Assembly (NCBI RefSeq): GCF_964355755.1
Contig: NC_092674.1
Span: 21,824,001 to 21,888,000, forward strand
Source of the DNA: Antedon mediterranea
Taxonomy: Eukaryota > Animalia > Echinodermata
DNA length: 64,000 nt
Direction of reading: 5' to 3'
Part shown: piece after piece, positions 34,701 to 45,823 of the stretch
Numbering within the stretch: the first letter of the stretch is position 1
Layout: each line of letters begins with the position of its first letter
Translations under genes and position numbers: made by a program
Notes under the pieces: model-generated
Database searches by the model: none
Told to the model about the DNA's origin: nothing
Seen by the model: the letters and a program-made list of their open reading frames with translations, nothing else

Positions 34701-37700
34701 AATGGTAAGGAAAAAATTGATCTCTTTCTTATGTACAGTATTTTTAATTTATGCCTTATTTCCAGCTAACCCAGCTCTGAAAATTCAATGATGAAAAAGT
34801 TTTGTTATATATACATTTACATAAACATTTTTTTTTTCAACCAATTTTTGATCAAAGTGAATAACTTTCATGTGACATTAAAATGGCCTATTCAATAATT
34901 GTTTTCAGGGGGACAATACATCTTTAATGACGAGCAAGAACAAGATGAAGAAAATAATGATATTAAGGAAGAAGATGAAGAAGAAATCATGAATGAGAAA
35001 GAAAAACAAAATGAAAACAATAAAAAATCAACACATTTGACGCAAAGTAGGTTAACAATTATGTTATTGAGGTAACAATTAACTGACTTATACAAACTTT
35101 GTTTATGCCATTATAACAAATATTATATAACACCTAAATAAATTCCTGTCATTTGATTGGACGAATGTGGGTCACATGGCATGCAATAGTATGCACTATT
35201 AAACGATCGTTTAATAGTACTTTTTTTGTGTACGAAAAAAAAATCTTTTCGCATTTGGAAAATATTTTGTTTTATACTATTGCTTTTCAAAAAACAACAG
35301 CGCCACCTATTTTGTTTCTTTCCCGGCGATTTGAATGTTATGACTGGTTTTAGTACTTTTCTGGAGAGATATAATATGTACTAATTTAGATCGAAAAGAC
35401 ATTTAAATTAGCTTTAGATAATTTGTAGGATTTTGATAAATTAATGGGAACATCTCTACAAGACGTGGAATCCATATGGTGGAAACCATCATTAGCCTAG
35501 ATAAGTTCCAATTTTCTGTCGAAGTTTTGCCTTTCAGCCAAGCTAGTACTAGGTCTAGCCTAGGCCTGTTAGTATTAGGCTAAGGCCTAGCCTAGGCATT
35601 TTAGCCTTGCTAGGCTTAGGATTGTTTGGTCGTTTGTTGATATAATTAACACTAAAGTAGGTGTGTTTATAAAATACATATTTATTATACAGTAAATATA
35701 ACATTTAATATAATATTAAAAACCAAACGTTACTGTTTTAATCAATGTGAATGAAATGTAAATGTAGGCCTTGGCTAGGCCTACCTTTTATTTGATTCAA
35801 ATGACAGGATTCTATTTAGATGTTATATAAAACAAATAATGAATGTTTTATATTCGTGTAATGGTACAAATAATGGCATTTGGTGAATGATGAAAGGTTA
35901 AATATCAACTCGGCGTTGCCTCGTTGATATATAACCTTTCATCATTCACCTCATGCCATTATTTGTACCATTACACTCATAAACATTCATTATTTGTGTC
36001 TATGCCATTATAACAAATACTATCTATGCCATTATAACAAATACTATATTCTAGGTTTATGCTGTAAGTCATCCAATTGCTATGGTCTCATATTTTGAAA
36101 TATTTAAATTGTATTTCTTCTGCCATATTTTATTGTTATGCATTTTTCATTTGTATGTCTATGCTGTTTTTAAAGGACCCCATTGGAATTCAGTTGATTT
36201 TTCTTTCGACTTTATGGGCTATCCTTGGTTTCTTATTTAATGTATTTGCTTGTAAATTGTTTGTTTTTATATTGTCTAGTAATCTTATGTTGAAAGCGAA
36301 TAAAATCAAATCAAATCAAATCTTATTCAGATTGAACCAACCAATTTAATCTCTATGAAATAGTTCATTTGACATTTATTAAGTTTTCCTTTAAGCAGGC
36401 AGGACTCGACTTGTTTGTACTGTGTACTTGAGCAATTAATGGCTATTTTAATATTAAAATTATTGGCTTCTTACCTACTTATGTTTATTAATTATTTGTT
36501 ATAGGCTATGTTACTTTTGTTCCAACCAGGTAAAGGTAGCCTGAGTAGGCAGTGCAGTTTTTATTACATGCCAGGTTAGTTAAAAATCGAACCCACTATA
36601 TATTGAACTTAATAACAACATTGGATTATTATTATTTTCTTTTTAAAGATATATCAGCATTAACTGGTTTTCTGCAGACAAGACAAACTGAGATGAAACA
36701 AATTGAAGAAAGCCTTAACAAAATAAGGAAAGACGAATGGCTGAAATTGCCAAAGTTCAGCGTCAACCTGGATGATTTGCTGTCACTTATAAGTCCAGGG
36801 TGGATCAGTGATGCGGTAAAAATGTGCTATTTGTTAAATAAATAAATACATGCAAAATGCAAAGACAATACAGCATTATTACCTAATTATTTTGACACCA
36901 CAAATAATCACCTATCTACAGCAGCCAATTGACTGCACTCATTTTCTAATAATTTTTAAAAACATTTCAAACTAGAAAGAAGGGCACTTTATTTATTTAT
37001 TTATTACCATATTTACTGAGGGTAGCCTATCCAGTTCCTAATAGAACTGATCATTCAGGGCCCTCGATAAAACATACATACAGTACAACACATAACATAT
37101 TAAATATTCAAATGACATAAAATATATTAAAGGCTTAAAAATTTACAATGATTATATAAAATTCATATAAAAGTTAAAATCGTTGACAGATAAAAAAAAA
37201 TATATATATATATGCAAAGTGCATACCTAATGTATAATTCCCCTACATATTATTTCCCCTCGAGTGTGATTAGGCTATTTTTGCACTATAACCTTTGTGA
37301 ATGTGAGTTTGTTGTAATGGTTATATATCCTTATACATCCCTGGTTCAATTCCCGCTGAGGGTCTTTTTTAAAGATATTTAACATTTACTATTTATTTCT
37401 ATAGATCGTAAATGCCTACCTGAGTTTAATTGCCTTCCAAAAAAACTTGCAAGATGAGGGGCATGTGTTTGTATTACCGACACACATTGCCACAAGGTGG
37501 AACAACCCACACATTTCACCGTGGTTGGCAAAGAAGGTATTGTTTCACAGTTATTTGCTTTTTGTACCTACCGAAATTGAATTGTTTATTCTTTTTAAAC
37601 AATGGTCAGTTACAATTTAGTTTTTCTCTTTTTGATTATTCTGTATTATAGTAGTTAAAATGTCCATCTTTAAGCTTATTATTATTATTTTTAATTCAAG

Positions 37701-40700
37701 AATATATTGAATATTTATATATTATTTGTGTACATTCATATTTTTTATCACTATTTAGGCCTGCAAAATGTTATGTTGGAGAAACCTGACTCTAAACGCA
37801 AATTTGCTCAAAACTTTGTGATCAAATTCTGTGACATGGATAGGATTAGAATAATAATTATATATTTTGGACTTAAAAATCCATTTGCCATGTTAACGAT
37901 AAATAATCAACTGCATATAAATGATTTTTTATTTCTTCTACATTTTATTATTATTATATATATATTATTATATGGTTCAGCTTATTTTTTGATCATGATT
38001 CAATTTTTGTTTTAATGTTTATGATTGAAGAATCAGATGTTTTTTTTTGTTCAAAGTGAACATTTTAGAGAACATGTCATCAGTAAATTAAGTTTATCTT
38101 TGTTCAACCAATTTCCTCTCTTTAGTTTCCATGTGAAAAGCTTAAACTGTGCAGCAAATTACCTGTAATTAGAAATTCAATCAATGTACAATATGTCACT
38201 TTACCATTATACTTACTTATACACACATAAATTTTTATCAATTTATACAGGTTGTCCTGTTTAAGTATGAGTGGATTCTTGTGCCAATTCATGTGCCACA
38301 ACACTGGATCCTACTTGTGGCACATGTGCCATCGAAATCAGTGAGTGTGTTGGATTCTTTACAGGGTAATAATGATGCACACATCCAGTACTTCAGGTAG
38401 TTTATTTTCTTTAATGTTCTAAACATTGAATCATTATGCCAACAATATATTAATATCTCAACCAATCTTTTGATCTAACATGAAGTTTTGGTTTATAATT
38501 TACATAAAACTAAACGTTACACAGTTATTTAAAATAATATGTAATATTTTTATCCCATTTAAGCAATTATATGGAAAAAAGGTCATCAGAAACAGGTGAA
38601 CTAGGTGGCCCATGGAAACAAATTGAAATGAATACGTGCAAACAAGCTGATGACCACAGCTGTGGTTCTTTTGTTATGTTGGTACGTACTAGGTTTTTAA
38701 AATTTAGATGTATAGTCTGTAAATTATAAGATACGATTATTATCTTTAAAACACAGAAAACCATTTTGCTTGGAAGTTTGTTACACATTTAAATTAAACA
38801 AGATAACAACTATACTTACTATAAATCTTTTAAAGGTAAAGTGTATAGACGGTTTTATATGTATAAATATATATGCTATATATTGACTAACAATAAAAGT
38901 ATAGTACTGTATTAAAAAATGTGGTAAACCAATGTTGACATACTAGACATTTTAGAAAACGGATCAGCTGAACGTCAACACACCTCTGTGTTAAAATAAC
39001 AAAATTGTAATTAATAATAATAGTAACTTTAAATTGATAGATCATTATACGTTTTGTTAAACATAATAATAATAATAACTAGATTTGAACTCGTCACTAC
39101 GGACGAGTTAGGTTATCCGCAGCGCAAACGCCACGTTCACATCATACGTTAGAATATTGCGCACAGAAAAACGATTATGCGATTGAAAAAATATTAGTGC
39201 GCTCTCTATTTTGTGTCACGTCTAAGTATATACAGTATAACACTGTATACGTACTACATACAGTGCAGAATAGGTGAAAATAAGTGACCAAAGTTATTGA
39301 CGCTTTTGGACATGATGACGTCACAAAAAATTTAAAAATGGTAAATCATGCGAAAGATAATTGATTGACCTAGACAATATAAAAACATGGGGGGAAAATG
39401 AAATACGGATAAGTGGAGATGCGCTCTATTAAATGTGATGAGCTATGACAGAAGAGAAAAAAATCCTCTATTTTATATTCGAGTGGCCATACGATGACGT
39501 CAAAATATTAGGTTAGTCATATCAATTCATGATTCGATATCTACAACTCATCTACTTTTAGAATATGTAATAAAAAATAAAATTCACCTTGTAGTTTAGA
39601 ATCTATGACTGATTAAAAAAAGGCATAATTTTGACAAATTGTTGAACTTTTTCATCAAAAACGCGCGCAAATTATCCAATTCCACGTGCTCGTATGACGT
39701 GATTTTAAGTCGAAATTGTTTAAAAATTGGTAAAATTACTAGAAAAGGCTGAAAAACATAAATCACGCAAAAAAAGATGTGCGAGCGTGGACATTTTTGA
39801 AATGCTCAAAATGACATGAAACGCGTAGAAAGTTGATTAGAAGTTGATTTTTCTCATTTTGAAATTTTAAACGCGCGTGCACACGTCTATGTTAAATACG
39901 CGAAATTCATAAAATCGCGCGTAACTTACGCTGCGTGACTCTAAAGTAAAAAAACGAACTTTCCTGCACTTCTACAGATAGAGGTCAATCTTCTGACAAA
40001 GTTATACAATGTAATGTTGATAAGAATTTGAGACAGACTGACCTCTAGAGGTCAGTCTGTTTGATGATAGATCGTCATTATTTCTGAAGAAGCTGTCCGA
40101 TCAGGACAGCGAAACTGTCAAGGTTAGTTTTTACTAATTATTGGTTTGGAAAAAAGAATATTTTCAAGATACATACACTGTATATGTTATATACAGTGTA
40201 GCATAGATGAAATTACGAGACCCATCTTTTAAATCCAATTATTAACACGATGACGTCATCAAATTGACATATAAAGATAACTATTTTAGAAGATAATTAT
40301 CTAAATAATTACATTAATACAAATTTGAAGAATTTTGGGCACGTAAAAGTCAGATGCGCTCTCGTTTAAACGCAATGAACTTTTACGCAAGAGATGAAAA
40401 TACGACTTTTTTATTCAACTGGCTATATGATGACGTCACAACATCTGATTTGAAAAATGTTCACATTAATTCGTATCTACAATCCAATAGCTTCCAGAAA
40501 ACGTTTTAATTATGATTATCACTTTTTATTCTGACGAGCTATAACAGATTGAAATTTACTGTAAAGATGAAAATAGGTGACCCACGTTATTTACATTTTT
40601 AGACATGATGACGTCATAACAATTAAAATATTTTTAACTCATGCGAAAGATAGTTGATTGACGTAGACAATAATAAAATCTTGGGGGAAATGAAATTCGT

Positions 40701-41967
40701 ATGAGCGAGATGCGCTTTGTTGAATGTGATGAGCAATAACAAAATAGACAAAAATCCTATTTTTTACATTTGTGTGGCCATACGATGACGTCATAACATC
40801 CGAGAGTTAAAAATTCTGCATAAGTTCATATCTACAATTTATCTTCTTGCATAATAAGTTAAAAATATTGGGGGTCACCTTCGATCATGAAGAGCTATAT
40901 TGGCATTATTTTGACAATATTTTCTAACTTTTTCAACAGAAACGCGCGCAAATGGTCTAAAATGGTCTGATTTTAAGTCGAAATTGTTTAAAAGTTGGTA
41001 AAATTACTAGAAAAAACCTGAAAAAACCTGTTTTTTTAACGCTACGTACGCACCGCGCGCGTAAAATATTTTGCGCGAGCGGTAATTTTTGACATGCTCA
41101 AAATGTCATGATCAGCGTAGAAAGTTGATTAGAAATTAATTTTGCAAATATTAAAATTTTAAATGCGCGTGCGCGCGTAACTTCTTGTGAAACATGCCAT
41201 TTTTAATCCATAGAAAGTTCGCCCTTGATATGACTTAAATGTTCACCAAGTGCGAATACAAAATGACTTTTGGTTTATAATCTATGATCAATCATTGAAA
41301 TTCATAAAATCGCGCGTAACTTACACTGCGCCACTCTAACGTCATAAAAAATATGGAGGTGCACAACTTCATGCAAATGTCCATATGTTGACTAAGTTAT
41401 GAAATGTTATATTTACAAGAATGACAGATATGCGTGACGCAAAATTCTGGGAAAGAAAGAAGAATAACAAAGAAGATAAAAAAGATCGTGACAATAACAA
41501 GGGTTATCCGCAACTACTAAGTTGCGGATAACCAAAAAAAAAAGATTGTGACAATAACAAGGGGTTATCCGCCAAGTGCGGATAACTAATAAAGTATATC
41601 TTAGTTTTCAGTATGAATGACAAATATTATGTACTGTATTTGTCATTTTTTTGTACTGTAATATAGAAATTATCTTTTTTTTTATCTTTTTCAGAATGCT
41701 TACTTCATCAGTGAAGGGGTGCATCCCTCTTTAATCACACCAGATATGGCAGCCACAATGAGGGTATGGGTCCTAAAGAAATTACTAGGATATGGCAAAA
41801 AGGGAACCCAAGTGCAATGTGATGCGGAACCATGTCTGGGGACAGATGACACATGGATTGGATGTGATGTGTGTGGCCGGTGGTTCCACAAAAATACTTG
41901 TACCACCACCATTGAAACTCCATCTACTGAATGGGAATGCGATATTTGTGTTGCAAGATATCGATAA
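28723..41967 (+). CDS. Zisupton / HMGXB3-related multidomain protein (about 1245 aa from 16 exons: 28723-29817, 30687-30826, 31447-31648, 31740-31847, 32020-32219, 32432-32537, 32872-33510, 33790-33858, 34120-34188, 34570-34704, 34909-35046, 36649-36815, 37405-37536, 38251-38396, 38564-38681, 41695-41967); 5' exon(s) not found
   Basis: All junction phases are compatible and there are no internal stops. SWIM CKCPMGERSCVH; CTLCSLPYRYQEYTDGIHNF; HFEAL..FTCVACGIHP; FW; NWAPFIG..NTE; SAP-like VKDLCRVCDVKPTGSKLDMV; VWGTSGGWLSASCPHQIVYGVKFLLLAESPRDYVD; LNSQVAEQL; Ulp1 GWISDAIVNAYL, HWILLV, LDSL, QADDHSCG; PHD WIGCDVCGRWFH..WECDIC. Confidence 0.9.
34820..34923. mobile_element. Kolobok MITE right end overlapping the acceptor of Zisupton exon 34909-35046
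   Basis: GGGGACAATACATCT|TTAA matches the TIR+TSD of the 20845-21000 MITE. A similar end lies at about 33890-33999, and a complete small copy at about 53543-53639. Confidence 0.6.
35125..36000. mobile_element. Crypton-like non-autonomous element with an ~80-bp terminal hairpin
   Basis: Near-perfect palindrome at 35832-35997 centred on CAACTCGGCGTTGCCTCGTTG. 5' TCATTTGATTGGACGAA..GGTCACATG. Flanked by direct repeats TATGCCATTATAACAAATA at 35104, 36001 and 36025. Confidence 0.55.
39078..41590 (-). mobile_element. Composite Helentron-like element in the last Zisupton intron
   Basis: Reverse complement of the 2622-4140 family: ACTAG + hairpin ACTCGTCACTACGGACGAGT + GGTTATCCGC at 39078-39120, GGTTATCCGC..GCGGATAAC inverted repeats at 41502-41587, and an internally duplicated body. 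Confidence 0.7.
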
Positions 41968-44830
41968 TGTCACCTATGTTAATGAGTTGATGGAGAGAAT
42001 ATTTCATGAATATTGACTGCTCTACAGTATTTGTAATGAGGCAAGTCATTTTTTCATTGAATGAAATTTATTCATAGTAAAATTATTAACAAATACTAGG
42101 CTGGGAATCTAGGCCATTCAAAACAGCAGTGCTCCGATTTTAGACACGGAGTAGACCAGTTATAAATGGCGTGCACAACAAGTTGATCAATCAATAAAAT
42201 TTCATGACAAAAATAGGCTTAAACTTTTTTTTAAACCTGAATGTGAAATGATCACTATTAGATATCACTTTTTCATTAGGTATGGCTAATTTTAAATTAC
42301 ATGTGATGTGTAATGAAAACCAAGTATAAAATCAGGTGTTATACTCAATATAAATCATGTTGCAATACTTTCCTACATGATTATCTCGGGAAATGAAAAA
42401 TTAAAGCTGTTACACTAATTCGATGTCATTAGTGTGTTACAATATAAACTTTTATGGTAGTTTCTGTATAACAACTTGTTTGCGTCGCAACTAATTTACC
42501 TGCAAAGCAATGGTTGTTTGATTTTATTTTTTACTTGCAATGCGAAAACAGGGCATATCGAGGATCTTGATAGTTAAACTTATACTAAAGTATTTTCACA
42601 CACTGAAATTGTTATTATAAATATAACCAGATAAATGTTACCAATATTTGAATGAATTGTAAAACCAATAAGAAAAACTGTATTTATCTTAATAAGGAGA
42701 CCTTTTTCATTGTACATTTAAACATTTAGAAAATTAAAATGTTGACCTTTTGACCTTGGTCACGTGACTTGTTTTATTGTTAAATATAGATATCGATGTA
42801 ATAGGATAAAATGATCAGTATTACATTCCCTTTCCGATGATACTATGGATGACAAAGTTCAGTGTGGAATGTCGGCCATTTCAAAATACAAAATGGCGGC
42901 TGAAGGAATGGTCGAAAAAAATGGCACCTAACTTTTTTTAATTCAGCAACTCAAGAATAACAAAGTTAGCCAATAAAATCTATTTTGGCACAAATATCAA
43001 GCTGGAGCTAGTTTTCCTTACATATGTGACTGTGCTACTTTGATATCTGGAGCTCGGCATACTGTTGTTAGATTGCCTTGTTCAGAGGTACTGTAAGATT
43101 TAGTTAAAAGTTAAAATTGTTATTATATATTTAAAATGTGTGAAAATTGTAATGAATCTTTCATTTGATGTATAGATTTGTAATACTTCAGTTTCAGTAA
43201 TTGTTTCCCAGTTGCTTTGCTTTGTGTGTTATTTGTTTTTTGTAGGCTACTTTTTAAAAATATTTTAGCAGTTCCAAGGAATGTTACTGTTATAGTACAA
43301 TTGGTATTCAGAATTGTTCAGCTTTACTATATACCTTGATGGAAATTTATTAAGAAATATCCAATTTAATGTATGTAAATATAATATGACAAAAATAGAC
43401 ATTTTATTGTTTTTCCAATACTATGTACTTTAATAACACGTTCAATTTCTGAAACCTATATGCTACAGTACTTTTGTACATAATGTTTTACATAAACTAA
43501 AGTCTTGATCTAATAGCTATGCATTTTTAAGTTTCTAGGATAACCACACCCAGGACAACTACCCAACTAAACCCCAGGCCCTTTCAATATCTAAGATACT
43601 GCTGTATTGCCTGGTTAATCATTTTCATAGTGGGTAGTTTTCATTTTGGTATTTTATCCTATAGGATAATTGTTTTTCATTATCGGGTAATTATGGATAC
43701 ATATATTTTATGACATGGTACAAAATACAGTTCTACTCAACTTCTGATTCTGAGATTTGAATAAAGAACCAGAGCCTAGTACAGTTGCTACAGTATGATT
43801 TCTTTTTTCTACAGTTATTAGTTTTCAAAAAGACTTTAAGTCTTTATGATGGGTGGGTACTGTAATGCTTAAATTAATATTTTTGTTAAAAGAAAAACTA
43901 AGAAAAAAATTAAGCATAAATAAATGAAGAGGTAATGTGGAGCCAGTGGGTTAAAAAATAAATAAATAAATATTATATTTTGTTTTAAATTTAAAATTAT
44001 TGTTATTGCTGTATTCAAAGATCTAAATAAAATTTAACTAACAACATACAGAACTACTGTACACAATTTAATAAAACATATTAATGTGTGAAATTGCACA
44101 TTTAAATTAAAGAACAAACAATACTTGAGAAAAGGATTTTGGTAATCAAATGTAAATTATTAATATTTATTTTAATTGATTGGTGGAAATACCATAAATT
44201 TGATAAATATAGGTATTATGATAAAATGAAAATGAACAAATATAATTATGTATTAATTTTCTGATGAACAGTAACAATAATAACAATTAAAGGCTTAAGA
44301 CTTTAGAAATTTGGAACAACTAGAAAGTGGTAAAACCAATCGTGGGGAAAAACTTTTTGCATGCTAATGTTGAGATACTACTGTATATTCTCAACCTAAA
44401 GGGTCTCTCAAAATTATTTTTTAGGCATTGTAATTTTATTTTATTATACAAATGTATTATTTCTGGCTGCCGCTTATGGGAGGTGAATTCAACAACAAAA
44501 AATGTGTCCATGTAGACCGGCAGCCCAGATAAATTTGGTTAGATGAAATAGGTTACGATTCTACCATTTGTTTTGGCCTTCACGATCGATCGAAAGAGGA
44601 TGAATCACGGAAGAAAAATTAAAATATCAATCCACGCGCAATGCATGTTGAGATTAGAAACGACTTATTTGTCACATTTATAACCATTTAAAAACAAAGA
44701 AAGTTATCGCAATAGGATCATATAGTATTTATTTTTACAATAAATATAGTTTGTGACCTTAAATTAGGTCTAAAAAACGTAGGGAATGGGGCTTTAATAA
44801 ATGTCTCTTTCTCATCGTCTAAAATACTAA

Positions 44831-45756
44831 CGCCCGTATTCTTAAACCGGACTTTAGTCGTAGTTCAAAGTTCGACTTGAAAAAGTTGTAGTTCGAGCTA
44901 TTACTTCAAATTCGATTCAAAAACGAAGTAGTCGAAGTTTGCAGTTCGACTTAATGAAGTCGAGCTTTTAGTCGAGTTGCACACGTCTGGGTAACAAAGG
45001 CTATACATTGGCCAATGACAAGAGAGTATTGAGGAGCAGACAAAATTTTGCGCATTGATATCACTTTCCATTTTCTTACAAAACTTTTTACGCATCAGGA
45101 CTATATACATGAAAAATAATTTTAATCGTTAATTATTAGAACAAGATCAGTATTAATTTAACAGTGAAGTACTTTTGATTAACAACAAACAAAATCTTCA
45201 AAATATATTTAGGAACCATGGCGGTACGGTAACTTCCATTTTTCTAGGCCTCCAACAAAGTATGATCGCGACGAACCATGCACTTCCTAGCATGACAAGA
45301 AAGCGCTAGGCCCCCTAAACATTCCATCGCGTGGTGAATTGCCGCATCTCCCATTGTCGCTATGGCGTGACGTAGTTCAAGTCGGACTTGCGCAAAGAAA
45401 ATAATGTAATTTGTATACAGTTGTAAATAAAGATGATTTTCATTATTATAACTTATACCAATGTATATTTAATTAAGCTAATATAAATATAGATATTTCA
45501 TTCTTCAATATCTGGCCAATATAACAACTCAATGACTGTTCCGTTTTTTATAAACATCGTTTAAAAACCATTTAGTCGAACATTTAGCCTGCCCCCTCCA
45601 GGACTAAAAAAATCGATCAAAATCCGTCTCGATTTAGTCGAGGTTGGCCTGATTTAGTCGGTGATTTAGTTGAAGTTCGGTTTATGAATTAAAATGACGT
45701 CATTTTTTTAGTTTTAGCTCGAACTACGACTAAAGTCCGGTTTATGAATACGGGCG
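44831..45756. mobile_element. PIF/Harbinger-type MITE
   Basis: TIR CGCCCGTATTC(T/A)TAAACCGGACTTTAGTCGTAGTTC at both ends. TAA TSD at 44828-44830 and 45757-45759. Confidence 0.85.
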
Positions 45757-45823
45757 TAAGACTAAAGGAAGCCATCATAATGCTCCTAGGGTTGCATTAA
45801 ACTATAATGCTAAACCAGGGCCT

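Larger units (their letters stand above)
28192..43058 (+). mobile_element. Zisupton DNA transposon (KDZ superfamily), candidate boundaries
   Basis: Contains the Zisupton gene. Diverged inverted repeats at 28193-28357 and 42873-43037 (GGTGGCCAATTTTTCCCGACC..GCCGCCATCTTGGATTTCAAAATGGCC versus reverse complement GGTGCCATTTTTTTCGACC..GCCGCCATTTTGTATTTTGAAATGGCC). ATACTGTT at 28184-28191 and 43059-43066 is a candidate 8-bp TSD. Confidence 0.55.

Noticed and set aside
28723-41967. Calling the gene HMGXB3 or a SENP ortholog
   Set aside because: No HMG box was seen, and the Ulp1+PHD tail and candidate inverted repeats fit a Zisupton element better. Orthology cannot be claimed without a phylogeny.
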